A DNA stretch of 64,000 bases from Eledone cirrhosa. Taxonomy: Eukaryota. Position numbers and translations under genes: made by a program. The notes beneath the pieces are model-generated. The model made no database searches. It was given only the letters and a program-made list of their open reading frames with translations, and was not told the origin of the DNA. Numbering within the stretch: position 1 is the first letter of the stretch; every line of letters starts with the position of its first letter. The stretch covers positions 43,710,001 through 43,774,000 of the forward strand of contig OZ024746.1 in NCBI GenBank assembly GCA_964016885.1. The letters run 5' to 3'. Shown piece by piece: positions 12,015 through 23,950 of the stretch.

Positions 12015-13730
12015 AGAATAATTAAGCTTAGTTTAGTTGTAGGCAAGAGACTACTGACAATCATCTCTGCCTATGCTCCCCAGGCAGGCCTAGGTAAAGA
12101 AGAGAAAGACTGCTTTTACGAGCAACGTTTACAAACAGCCGCATCGTTATGCTAGCAGGGGACTTCAATGGTCATGTTGGACAGCTCCAGGATTGTTACA
12201 CTGGGGTACAGGGTGGGCACGGTTATGGCTCAAGAAATAAAGAAGGAGTGAGACTTCTTGAATTTTTTGATGCAAGTACACTAACCATTTGCAATACTAA
12301 CTTCCAGAAACCTTCCAACCACCTAATAACCTACAAATCAGGCGAGCACATAAGCCAGAGGGACTTCTTGCTAGTTAGGCAGCAGAACAGACAGATGGTG
12401 CCAAATACCAAGGCATATTCCGGGGAAGAATGTACCCCACAGCATAAGTTAGTCGTTAGTGACATCTCAGTAAGCAAGAGATGGAATGAGACATACAGGA
12501 AGGTGTGGAGAAGAAAGATTTGGACTCTAAAAGACCTTTTACTAAAATACAAATTTAGGAAAGCCTTTCAAGGTGTGTATGATGAAAAAGAAGACGGTTT
12601 AGAGTCGTATGACATAGATGCTGACTGGAATTTCTTACATGACAATTTACTGCAAGCTACTGAAGAAACTTGTGGCTGGAGCAGAGCTTTATCCAGACAG
12701 AGAGTGACCTGGTGGTGGAACAGCATGGTAGATAGGGCCATTAGAGACAAAAGACTAGCAGGGGATGCTTGGAAAAATAGTGGGGGAAGAGAAGAATATA
12801 CAGCTGCTAAGAGAGAAGCTAGACGTCAGGTGTACTTAGCACGCAGGGAGGCTGAGTGTAGGAGGTTTGCCAATGTTCTGCATTGGGAAGATCAGAGACG
12901 TGCGGTGTTCCACATTGCAAGGTAGTGTATCAGTGCAAATTAGGATGTTGTTAGAGATAAATGTGTCCAAAATGATGCCGGTGTACTTAGTGTCACGAAT
13001 GATCAGAAAGAGGAGGGTTGGAAATGTCATTATGAGAGACTGATGAATGTGGAGAACGAATGGTAGAGAGAAAAATTACCTCCAGTAGATCCGACAGAGG
13101 GACCAGCTATTGAGATTGACGAATATAGGGTTGAAGAGGCGATTTTTTAAATGAAAAATGGTAGGGCCGCTGGACCGTCAGGGATAGTTGCTGAGATGCT
13201 GAAGGCATCAGGGGATATATGCACTAAACTGGTTGCATGCATCATCAATCAGGCTATATATGGCAGTGTCATGCCCAAAGACTGCTGCAGCAGTATTCTC
13301 ATAAATTGCTACAAAGGTAAAGGGGATACTCTGGAGGGGAGCAATTATAGGGGTATAAATCTGATGGATCTGGTTATGAAAGTGGCAGAAAGGATATTAG
13401 CGCAACTAATTAGAGAAAGGGTCAAACTAGATGAGATGCAATTTGGTTTTGTGCCTGGGAAAATTACAACAGATGCCCTCTTCTTAGCGAGACAATTACA
13501 AGAGAGGTTCTTAGAGAAGTATAAGCCACTATACTTAGCTTTTGTTGACCTAGAGAAGGCCTTTGATAGGGTACCTTGATCTGTCATCTGGTGGTCCCTA
13601 AGGAAACTAGGTGTTGAGGAATGGCTTGAGAGGACAGGGCAAGCTTTGTACAGAAGTGCTGTCAGTAAAGTGAGGGTAGGAATGGAGTTTAGTGAGGAAT
13701 TCCAGATACAAGTAGGAGTACATTAGGGTT
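12015..13730 (+). mobile_element. RTE-clade LINE fragment (APE endonuclease, linker, N-terminal half of RT) with stops
   Basis: [80 protein letters not shown]; ends at VGVH*GS. Confidence 0.96.
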
Positions 13731-13734
13731 CATT

Positions 13735-14137
13735 AACGTGCTCTAATGTTGGGTTTGAATAGATATTAGGATTCCTCAGTTCAGCAGCCAGTACGTTAAA
13801 GAAAATTGATAGTTACAACAATAAAGGCTGAACAAAGAACACATTTTTTAACAAACTTTATAATAATTTGTACAACCATAATGGAAATTCCAAGTAACAG
13901 AAAATACATAAATTACATTGTTAGAGCCTCAGAGTATACAATATATTTTGTTCGGCCCTCGGGAGCAAAGATGAAGAGATTGTTTGGCAAGCTCACCCTA
14001 GAGCAGCCTACATACAATTGACCATGGGAGAAGCATGGTTTTCCCAGATGAAGGCCAGCAACTTTTAGGGTTTGACCCTGAGCTTTGTTGATTGTAATCA
14101 CGAAGCTTAGTCTTATTGGAAACTGAAGTCGCTTGAC
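13735..14137 (-). mobile_element. Helitron fragment: C-terminus of the PIF1-family helicase plus downstream sequence
   Basis: KRLQFPIRLSFVITINKAQGQTLKVAGLHLGKPCFSHGQLYVGCSRV..GRTKYIVYSEAL (helicase motifs V and VI). Confidence 0.92.
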
Positions 14138-14252
14138 TATGGTACATATATATAATCCTTATCGAGCCCGCTTCAGATTTTAGTCTTCACATTTATTATT
14201 ACACACACACATTTGTTATATATATATATATATACATCTAGATCAATTCGTT

Positions 14253-16020
14253 AACTAATCAGAGAACGAATTGATCTAGATGAAATGCAGTTCGGGTTTG
14301 TGTCAGGTAAAAGTACCACAGACGCTCTTTTCATTGTACGACAACTACAAGAGAAGTACCTAGCTAAAAGTAAACCCTTATACTTAGCTTTTGTTGACTT
14401 TGAGAAAGCCTTTGACAGAGTCCCCCGCTCAATTATCTGGTGGGCGCTTAGAAAACTAGGTGTTGATGAATGGCTTGTGAGAGGTTTACAAGCCATGTAT
14501 AAAGAAAGAGTCAGCAAGGTTAGAATTAACAACGAATATAGTGAAGAGTTTAGCGTAAAAGTCGGTGTTCATCAGGGCTCCGTTCTTAGCCCCCTACTAA
14601 TTATTATTGCCCTTCAGGCTATAACAGAGGAGTTCAAGACCGGCTGCCCATGGGAACTCCTATATGCAGATGATCTAACGCTCATAGCTGAATCAATGGC
14701 TGAACTAGAGAAGAAATTCCAAACATGGAAGCATGGCCTAGTATCAAAAAGCCTTAAAGTTAACTTGTCTAAGACTAAAGTTCTAGTTTGTAAGAAGGAA
14801 AATAGGGCACCGGTCCCATCTGGGAAATGGCCATGCTCAGTGTGCAGGAAAGGAGGAGGCAGAAACTCCATTTTATGTCCCAAATGCAAAGTATGGGTGC
14901 ATAAAAGATGTAGTGGGATCACAGGTAAGCTAACTAAGAATAGAGATTTTATATGTGGCCGGTGCTCTGGTGCAATAAGTAGCAGCAAGTGCCCACAGAA
15001 TACTAGCTCATTCCATTGCACAGATGGTTCTATAGAAATAGTGGACACCTTCCGTTACCTGGGTGACAAAATCAGCAGTGGGGGAGGGTGCTCTGAAAGT
15101 ACAGTAGCTAGAGTCAAAACGGGATGGAAAAAGTTCAGAGAGCTTATACCACTATTGGCCGCTAAAGGGTTCTCTCTAAAAATGAAAGGCAGGCTGTATG
15201 ATGCCTGCATACGAACAGCAATGTTACACGGCAGTGAGACCTGGGCATTGTGTGCAGAGGATATACGCAGACTGGAGAGAAACAAAGCTTGCATGCTCCG
15301 CTGGATGTGTAATAGTAATATACATGAACGGCAAAGCATAAATGAACTAAGGGAGAAATTAGGAATAAGAGGGATCAGATGTTGTTTACTCGAGAGAAGA
15401 CTACATTGGTACGGTCACGTGATGCACATGAAAGACGACAGCTGTATAAAAAAGTGCAGGGCGATAAAAATAGACGGTAGCCACGGAGTAGGCAGACCCA
15501 GAAAAACCTGGGACGACTTGATAAATTCCGACCTCACACACTTACACCTATCCAAGACAATGTCACTGGACCGAGATCTTTGGCGCTACACAGTCATACA
15601 GAAGACCCACCTTGCCTAAGTACAAAGCGAAACCTACAGTCAATAGGCACCTCTAACAAAATACACCCCACCCACCCCCATCCCACTACCCCAACCCTAT
15701 CCACACCATCCCCTTAAATGTGAAGTTATGTTGGTACCACAACCACAACATCCAGTCCGAAACAAATGAGGTCGTGTAGGTGTCACGACAAAAAAACACA
15801 CAGTCCACGCTGTAATGTGGCCATGTAGGTAACACGGTAAAAACCTCTCAGTCCACACTGTAAATGTGGTTGGTGTTAGGAAGGGCATCCAGCCGTAGAA
15901 AACCCGCCAGACAGTCCTATACGAGCAGGACAACAAATCTTGCCTCAAGTGGGAAACCTCCCGTCCAAACCCATGCAAGCGTGGAAGATGGACGTTAAAC
16001 GATGATGATGATGATGATGA
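14253..16020 (+). mobile_element. RTE-clade LINE, 5'-truncated, with complete 3' UTR and (GAT)n tail
   Basis: Open RT ORF followed by about 400 bp of UTR ending GGACGTTAAAC(GAT)n; flanked by (TA)n on both sides. Confidence 0.97.
14285..15619 (+). CDS. RTE reverse transcriptase (partial) with inserted PHD-type zinc finger
   Basis: 444 aa open: AFVDFEKAFD, GVHQGSVLSP, LYADD, C4HC3 cluster, FRYLG, LHGSETW, RRLHWYGHV, GRPRKTW. Confidence 0.95.
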   Translation: MQFGFVSGKSTTDALFIVRQLQEKYLAKSKPLYLAFVDFEKAFDRVPRSIIWWALRKLGVDEWLVRGLQAMYKERVSKVRINNEYSEEFSVKVGVHQGSVLSPLLIIIALQAITEEFKTGCPWELLYADDLTLIAESMAELEKKFQTWKHGLVSKSLKVNLSKTKVLVCKKENRAPVPSGKWPCSVCRKGGGRNSILCPKCKVWVHKRCSGITGKLTKNRDFICGRCSGAISSSKCPQNTSSFHCTDGSIEIVDTFRYLGDKISSGGGCSESTVARVKTGWKKFRELIPLLAAKGFSLKMKGRLYDACIRTAMLHGSETWALCAEDIRRLERNKACMLRWMCNSNIHERQSINELREKLGIRGIRCCLLERRLHWYGHVMHMKDDSCIKKCRAIKIDGSHGVGRPRKTWDDLINSDLTHLHLSKTMSLDRDLWRYTVIQKTHLA

Positions 16021-16554
16021 TATATATATAAGCTGTAAATGTACAATTCAGAGATTTTAGGGGTGGCAGGGTGCATTTTATTTAAATAAATATACATTTG
16101 GTTAAATGTGAAGAAATGTTAGCAAATGAAGGAAATAAATTGTCCACCTTTTTTCTATTTAAACCTACATTTGTCAATATAATATGATTATGATACTGCA
16201 ATTACTGAATTTAATGATGTATTAAGTTCAAAGATTTGCAATGATATACAAATTAAATAACTATTTTTAGGTAAATATTGTCAATATTTTGTGATATTTA
16301 CCTTTCATATAACTCCATGAAAAATGTGATATTTCAATCTAACTAAATTTTAATTTAATATTTATCTTCCAATGCACATCATTCAAAGCTTGTGTGGGTG
16401 TTAAGATCATTCATAGATTGAGTGCTTGCTTTCAATGAATTACAGGTAATACTTATATGTGGCTAATTATTATTATGTAAGCAAAAGTGACACTTTTGAT
16501 CCGCCATAAGCTTTAAATACATTAATTAGTTTCAAAGATAAAAGATAAAATAAT

Positions 16555-16734
16555 TGTTTCTACTTTAGGGACAAGGCCAGCAATTACCCAGTGCATTACT
16601 GGTACTTTATTTTATCGACCCCATAAGGATGAAAGGCAAAGTCAACCTCAGCGGGATTTGAACTCAGATCGTAAAGGGACGTAACTATGCTGGAAAGCAT
16701 GGCATCCGACCCTCTACCGATACTGCCAATCCAC
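16555..16734 (-). mobile_element. SINE family A with 14-bp target site duplication (TSD)
   Basis: Reverse complement of family A; AAAGATAAAATAAT at 16541-16554 and 16735-16748. Confidence 0.92.
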
Positions 16735-17311
16735 AAAGATAAAATAATGATGTCTAGAAAAGAAGCTTCACAACCATATTTAACAAAAGAAATATAATTA
16801 CTCTTTTCTTTCTTTCATATTCTCTCTCTCTCTGTGAAATGATAAGATGCACCTCTGTTTTAAATACAATCTTCTTGGCTCAGTGTTTGTTAATGCCGTT
16901 TTCGTCAACATTACTAATAATATGCTTGGTTGAAATTTCAATTAAAATATGCAAAGCTAAAATGTATACTTTCCTCTGTAGTATATGTTATAGATTTACG
17001 TGTAAACAAATTCTGTAGTGGCTCTTAATAATTTAACCTTATTTTAATAAACTGTTGGTTTTTTATATTTGATAATTTTATTTTATTTATTTAATCATGT
17101 GTAACAACATTATATTCATGCAATAACAAAATGACTAAACATGCTATGTCTACTTTGGCACCTATGTACATCTATATTCTAATTACATCAAATACATTTT
17201 CAGGTGTAAAACATATTTTGGAGCTTATCAAATTGAGAACATTAGATATGAACAATACACAGACAATCGAGTGCACCAGTCTACACTACTTCTATATGGT
17301 ACAATAATAAT

Positions 17312-17435
17312 TATTTCTAGCATTGGTCCAAGGCCAGCAATTTGGAAGAGAGAAAAAGTTGATTATATTGACCCCAGTATTAACTGGTACTTTATTGATC
17401 CAAGAAGGATGAAAGACAAATTTGACTTCAGTTGG
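17312..17435 (-). mobile_element. SINE family A 3' half, decayed
   Basis: AAGGCCAGCAATTT..GACCCCAGTATTAACTGGTACTTT..AAGGATGAAAG. Confidence 0.75.
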
Positions 17436-18316
17436 ATGAAACAATACTAATGAATGATAACAATATGTAACTATTCTTCGATCTTGTGAATAAGGGAATT
17501 AAGGAGTATAGTATACAGAAAATATCATATTTTGATTATTAACTAGTAAATGAGTGTTTAAAGTGTGCTGTTATGGTAACAGCACACTTTAAACTCAAAC
17601 TGCAAAAACAATATTATGTTAACTGTAATGATGTCCATATAACATATAAAATGTAATGTATTTAACAATTACAAATATTTTGCAATAATATATTTTCTAT
17701 TAAGACCATTTGAAATTCTAAAGAACAGATCAGGAACTTTGTTGTTGAGAGCTGTGTAGTTTTGTACTAAACATTAAAATAAGAATTAATGAACTGACAG
17801 ATTATTTTAACTCCCCTTGCTTATGGAATCAGAAGCTATATGAAAATAATTCATTGAAATAAGCTTGGCTTTGGTGTATTAGAGTTGCTTTGATGCATTA
17901 AAAAAATCAAACATAACTAACAACAGAGAAAAATATGAGAAAGTTTCTTTCCAATGTTTTTGTATCAGCTACCTGCAGTAGGATATATACAAACTGAAAT
18001 CAATTTTAACCAAAAACATACATGGATGAACAGAAAACAAACTTCCTTATAACTTGAAACAGAAGTTTCAACATACATGGAGAGAGATCACTCAAATATT
18101 CACTCTGTCATTTGACAGGATTCAGTCATTTCCTTCACTCTTTTCTCAAAATCAAAGACTATATGAAAATTGTCACTTTCTATGCAAATGATACCATAGT
18201 ACACATCTCTTTCATTAGAAACACAGGCTTTGCATTATAATATAAATCCTTATTCATGTAATTTATTCATGAGCAGATACCAAGAAAATATTCACTAAAG
18301 AATCAGCAATCTAGTT

Positions 18317-18416
18317 ATATATATATATATACCCGCCTTATATATATATACCCGCCTTATATATATATATATATATACCCGCCGTATATATATATATATA
18401 TATATATACCCGCCTT
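18317..18416. repeat. Four (TA)n-CCCGCC(T/G)T units
   Basis: Directly visible tandem units at the 5' junction of the RTE UTR copy. Confidence 0.9.
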
Positions 18417-18826
18417 ACCTAAATATATAGTAAAACCTACTCCAGCCAGTAGGCATCTCTAACAAAATACACCCCGTCCCACCACCACCACCCCCACCCC
18501 ATCCACACCACCCCATTCTATGTAAAGTTATGTTGGTGCCGCGCCATCGAGGCCGAAACAAATGAGATCGTGTAGGTGTCACGACAAAAAACACACAGTC
18601 CACGCTGTAATGTGGCCGTGTAGGCAACACGGTAAAAACCTCCCAGACCCACACTGTAAATGTGGTTGGTGTTAGGAAGGGCATCCAACTGTAGAAAACC
18701 TGCCAGACAGTCCTATGCGAGCAAGACAATCACTCTTGCCTCAAGTGGGACTACCCCCGTCCAAACCCATGCAAGCGTGGAACACGGACGTTAAACGTTG
18801 ATGATGATGATGATGATGATGATGAT
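18408..18826 (+). mobile_element. RTE 3'UTR copy, same family as 14.25-16.02 kb
   Basis: Collinear with 15605-16020 from the last ORF codons to the (GAT)n tail. Confidence 0.93.
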
Positions 18827-19005
18827 ACAGGTGCAGTAATTCTTTAGTCAACATGCCAAGAACTGAATCCTTACATTTTATTAACAATTTAACTGAAATC
18901 ATCCAAATTCTAAGCATTAATATCATATTGACTGAATTGAATTTTCAGATCCAGTCAAAGTGATGACCTGTTAGAAATACCAGCTAATGTGTAGAAATAC
19001 CATAC

Positions 19006-19057
<52 letters not shown>

Positions 19058-19424
19058 CATGTATGTATGTATATGTATATATATGTGTGTGTGTGCAACC
19101 AAAGCTGTTAAATACCCTATCAAAAATGCAACCAAAGTGAGATCAGTCCAACACTAACCATGAACTTAAATACTACTTATATACCTAAACACAACATAAC
19201 CTACCATATACATGTTAAACTAAATATAAAGTAAAAAAACAAATCATGTTCTTCAGAACAATACCCCAAACCTCACTCCCATGTATTTCACTTCCTAGTT
19301 TATGCTATACTCCTAAATCTACATATATTGAATTAATATATCAATATATTAATATCATATTTCAAATCTATTGGGTCTTTCAGTAACATATTGAAACATT
19401 GAGGACCTTTGAACATGCCCAGCT

Positions 19425-19970
19425 ATCTGGAGTCAAAAGGTCTCAAAATTAAATTAACGAAGACTAAAGTTCTAGTGAGTGGGAAAGATGACAGAGAGCT
19501 GATGTCATCAGGTAAATAGCCATGCTCAATATGTAAAAACAGTGTTGGTTGAAATTCCATACAGTGTACAAAATGTAAGCTATGGATACACAAGTAATGT
19601 AGCAGAACCATGAGCAGGCTGATGAAGAATATAGACTTTGTATGTAGCAGGAACACAAGAGCAGTAAACAACAAGAGTGCACACAAAACTGGCACTATCA
19701 AATGGCACCCTAATATTGGTTTGAAGCTTCCATTACTTGGGTGACTTAATTAGTAGTAGGGTGAATTTCTGAAAGTACAGCAGTTAGAATGAGAATTATT
19801 TGGGAAATGTTCAGGAAACTACTATCTGTTTACTAAAAAGGGTTTCTTTCTCAGGATAAAAGGCATAATTTATGATAAATGCGTATGAATAGCAATGGTG
19901 CATGGTAGAGAGACTTGGGCCTTAAACGTCGAGGATATATGAGGATCAGAAAGAAATGAGGTAGCATGCA
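19425..19970 (+). mobile_element. Decayed RTE fragment (post-RT PHD region)
   Basis: LESKGLKIKLTKTKVLV..SGK*PCSICKNSVG*NSIQCTKCKLWIHK*CS, with multiple stops. Confidence 0.88.
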
Positions 19971-20089
19971 ACTCCCTTTTCATGTCTCATATGGTATGAC
20001 TTTGGCAAGCAGCAATTATATCCTTGCTGATATGCTCTCATCTTATACATAAACTCCAATCATTGAATTTCCTGTGAGCTAATGTTGTT

Positions 20090-20310
20090 GTAATGTGGTA
20101 GTGCTGTTACCACAATAAAATGCACCCATCCTATTCTGTAGAGTATAGGTGCTAGTGCCATGATAAAATGCTTGGCATAGGGAAAGGCATCCAGCTGTAG
20201 CCATAATGCTGTAGAAACCATGCAAAAATGGAATCTATGAGCAAGTTGTGTTCATCTGACCCATTCTAATCTCAGAATGTGAAAACCCATGTTAGTACAT
20301 GGATGCTACA
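20090..20310 (+). repeat. Decayed RTE-tail repeat
   Basis: ATAAAATGCACCC..CTGTAGAG, GGAAAGGCATCCAGCTGTAG, ACCCATGTTAGTACATGG. Confidence 0.6.
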
Positions 20311-20683
20311 GAAAGATTCAACAACAGAAACTTCTAACTATTTTACAGCTTCCCTTGTTTCCTCTTTTCTTTTTCATTTTCTTTTGCAATAATCTGCCTC
20401 CCATTTGCCTTCAATATTCGAAATTTAATTTTTGTTATTTTATTTTTTCCCTTTTTTTTAGTTATTTAGTAATTTTTGTTATTTCTTTTTTATTACATTT
20501 TTTAATTACTTGTCTCACTAGCTCTTTTTGATTACCAACTGTAAGGAGTATTTGATACATTCCCTAGTCTGTCGTGGCTTACTAGCTCTATACAGATATT
20601 TAAATTGAATAAATAAATAAATATGCAAGCACTGAAAAAAGATGTAAAACAGTATATTCCAAGGATCATGTATATTAAATTAA

Positions 20684-20904
20684 CCCTTTAGCATTTAAAC
20701 CAGCCATATCTGGCCAGAATTCTCTCACCTCCTTCTGTTCAAACCAGCTGTAACCACTAGCTCATACTGACGCTAAGGTATTGTTCTCAAAATAAATAAT
20801 ATCAAAATCTCATAGCTTCGATATTATGAGGGATAATTCTGTAAGATAAAGTGTTTTCTGTGAAAATACAATAGTAAATATAGAATAATTTAAATGCTAA
20901 AGGG
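20684..20904 (+). mobile_element. piggyBac-like MITE, copy 2
   Basis: Perfect 16-bp TIR CCCTTTAGCATTTAAA / TTTAAATGCTAAAGGG, flanked by TTAA on both sides. Confidence 0.9.
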
Positions 20905-21749
20905 TTAAAGTAAAATTCTCAAAAATTGTTTCAAATTATTCCTAGTTATTTACAAGACATATTATTTACTGTTATGCATTTTATAAATTAAATAGCAAAT
21001 CATGCATAAAGATAATTTTAGAAAATATGCATTGAAGTTAATTTTAATTCAATATATTTTAATATTCTGTATATATGGATAAAATGTCATGGAAATGAAT
21101 GATGTATAATTAGTTAAGACTGATGAAATATTTAATTATTTACTCATATTTTAATAACTGCTATTGAGGATGAAAGCTACTACACATTTATATTATGCAC
21201 ATTTGCTCTGTTTGCTAAATAAAGATTAAATTTATATTATTCTACTGCATAAGATGAGAAATGTACATCATTTCGTATTTGGAAAATGATATTTTGCATC
21301 AACAAAAATAATCTTTTTAGATGATTTATAGTGTTCAATTTAGTTAATGATGAGTTAATAATGAATGGAAATGAGTTCAAAACTTAGGTCATTTTATGTG
21401 CATTCTTTGTAAACATTAAAAACTAATTCTGGGTAAATTTGAAACATTTTCTGCCAGTTGTTTAAATGAGGCCAGCTGAGAAACAAGTATAATTTTAAAT
21501 CGAGGAACAATTTTTGAAGTATGTTAAATTTTATTTGTAACCAAAGTAAGATGACCAATATTTAGAATTTTGTTGCACAGTGAGCATAATACTTTTCACA
21601 TTCTTTTTCATCCTCTTGTGCAATCCAGAAGACACCAAGAAAAGAAATAATTATGATTGTCAATTTTAGAAACCCTTATATTAATAATAGAATCTTATGA
21701 CAGAATGGCAGTAAGAAATTTCCCAAACCTTATGGGCAAAAATAGATAA

Positions 21750-22440
21750 GAGTTGGCTGATTTGTTGATTGTAAATCATGTATTTGCCCAATAAAACACT
21801 TTCCTTATTCAATGTTTATAAGTTCAATATAATACCAAGACATCTACTTCTTGAGTTGTACGTTTGTATCATGGAGAGGGATTGCTTCAATATCCAAGGT
21901 GTCACATTTAATAGCAATGAAAACTATAATTTCTGATTTAGTGATGTTTAGTTTAAGGCAGAAATCAATCATTCAGCTTTTGAGATTGTTTGTAATGGTT
22001 GGTACATCTATTTTAAGTGTCTTATATTGGAGAGATGTGGCATTACTTGAGGGCTTAATAATCATCTGCACAGTGTTCAAACCAAAGCTCTTGATAACAG
22101 TTAGGAAATGACAAACATATATTGAGAGGTACAGAACACAGTACAGTTCCTTGGGGAACTATATATGCTGCAGATCAAGGGTCTGATCCAACTTGATTAA
22201 TTACAATAATCTGAAGTACAAAAGTTTTATATTAGACATGAAACTTTATGGATAAATTCCTGAGTTACTTAAGCTGCTCAGATCATCAAACGAAACCCCA
22301 TGATCCATTGTTATGAAAACTTCAAGCAAATATAAAAGTACGAAATATGAGTAAAGCTTGTCATTAGCATTCCTGTATATTTCATGGCATAATATGTGTG
22401 GCAATGCTTCACAGCTCATGAATAACATACAAATAATTGA
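21750..22440 (-). mobile_element. Highly decayed L2/CR1-group RT remnant
   Basis: Minus-strand peptides LLEVFITMDH (cf. AFDTVDH), VPQGTVL, CADD, LKLNITKSEII. Confidence 0.65.
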
Positions 22441-22849
22441 CTAATAGTTGGACAGAATTTCAGAAAGAATGAGGTTTGAATTTTTCAAATATTCTGTGCT
22501 GGATGTAAAGATATATAAAGAAAGAAATAACATAGAATTATGATAATAATGGTACCATAAAATTATTTCATTAAGAATTAAATGCTTAGCAGCATTAATA
22601 GCCTGATTTTTATTATAAACTCCTTGATTTCACAAGAATTATATAACAACTTAAACATTCACAAAATCATAGTTCAAAATCAGCAGTGAAAATGATCAAT
22701 AGAATGGAAATATTTCTACAGATAAAATTAAATCAAAATTCATGTATAAATCTCATCACCAAACTTATACCAATGATAAATTAATACTTCTTCAATGACA
22801 ATCAGTTAAATCTCATGTTCTGTATGAAAGCCTAACTTCTCTTTGAATC

Positions 22850-23950
22850 TCTGTTGTCATTATCTCTGGTAACTCTAATGTCCATAACTCTCCTTCCCCT
22901 CCCACACCGAAACTGTTGATGCAGCAGAGAAATAATTTATGATTCTAAACTATCTAAGCTAGTTAGTAATTAAACCAATCCATATACATAGATGGACACA
23001 CTAAATAACTTTGACCACTTTCTCACCTACTCATACATTGTTTACCTGAATGTCATCATCTCTGAACCTGTGTAACTGTCAAATCACTATTGCAAAATGC
23101 TGTAAACCACACATTCTCCTACCATATAACACCACAAATCTGAGACTGCTAATCAGCTGACTAAAACTATCCTCATAGTTATAACTCTTCACCTTCACTA
23201 CACATTTATTCTCCATGACTCATGAAACCCTATGGTTTACTTCTAAAAGTCTAAAGTGTCTTAAGCCAAAAGGCTCATTTGGCCGGTGCTTATCCCGGTT
23301 TCATGGCGTGAAGCGACTGAGAGTACAAGACTCCCCCCTGGACAGGATGCCAGTCCATCGCAGGGTTAAACCTCCAGCTATTGCTGGTACTCATTTTCAG
23401 TTGAGTATACTGGAGCAACATGAAATGAGGTGTTTTGCTCAAGAATACAACACGCAGCCCAGGAATCAAACCCACGATATTATTATCGTAAGTCCAACAC
23501 TATTACCACTAGGCCACGTGCCTCCACTTGATTTACTTACAGTTGTATATATGCTTCAGCTATACAAGCAAATATCACTCTTTATAATAGCTGCAACATC
23601 TGAAAAACTACCTTAGATAAAACAAGGGATTACTTTATATAGCACATAGCCTTCAAGCCCTCCCAAATTGCAGCAATCTTCCAAATGTTCTTTACTAACT
23701 CCATGAAGCTAATCACCACTCCTTCCCCAAGTTAACATTCTAAGCAACATTCCTCCTGAGAAGCCCCCACATATATCTGCCTTCTTCATCTTCCAAACTA
23801 CACTGAATGGAGTCAATAAAACTCTTTACAAACTTTTTTTCTCTTTATATCTAACCACACCAACATATTACTTTATATCTAACCACACCAACTATATTAT
23901 ACTTTCCTACATTAGATGGCTAAGAAAATGTGATAAGCACAACATTTGCT
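22850..23950 (+). mobile_element. Highly decayed CR1-like endonuclease region, interrupted by a SINE
   Basis: IISGNSNVHN (cf. GDFNVH), DGHT..DHFLT, SNH (cf. SDH); C/A-rich strand bias. Confidence 0.45.
23255..23526 (-). mobile_element. Full-length SINE family B (tRNA head, CORE-like body, AACCCTGCGATGGACTGGCATCC tail)
   Basis: Minus strand: TGGAGGCACGTGGCCTAGTGG (A box), GGTTTGATTCC (B box), TTCTTGAGCAAAACAC..TTGCTCCAGTATACTCAACTGAAAATGAGTACC. Confidence 0.9.

Noticed and set aside
8711-12064. Many long Y/I/M/C/V/H/T-rich ORFs (up to 369 aa), also at 26313-26825 and 59041-59304
   Set aside because: Translations of TA/CA microsatellites, open in several frames on both strands; not genes.
13913-14101. 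Host PIF1 helicase gene
   Set aside because: Intronless fragment with a Helitron-type C-terminus, wedged between retroelements.
17204-17300. Possible exon (TTTTCAG acceptor, open frames, GT)
   Set aside because: No recognisable protein, weak donor and no partner exons.
18317-18416. CRISPR-like repeat/spacer pattern
   Set aside because: The spacers are TA runs, the context is eukaryotic, and there are no cas genes.
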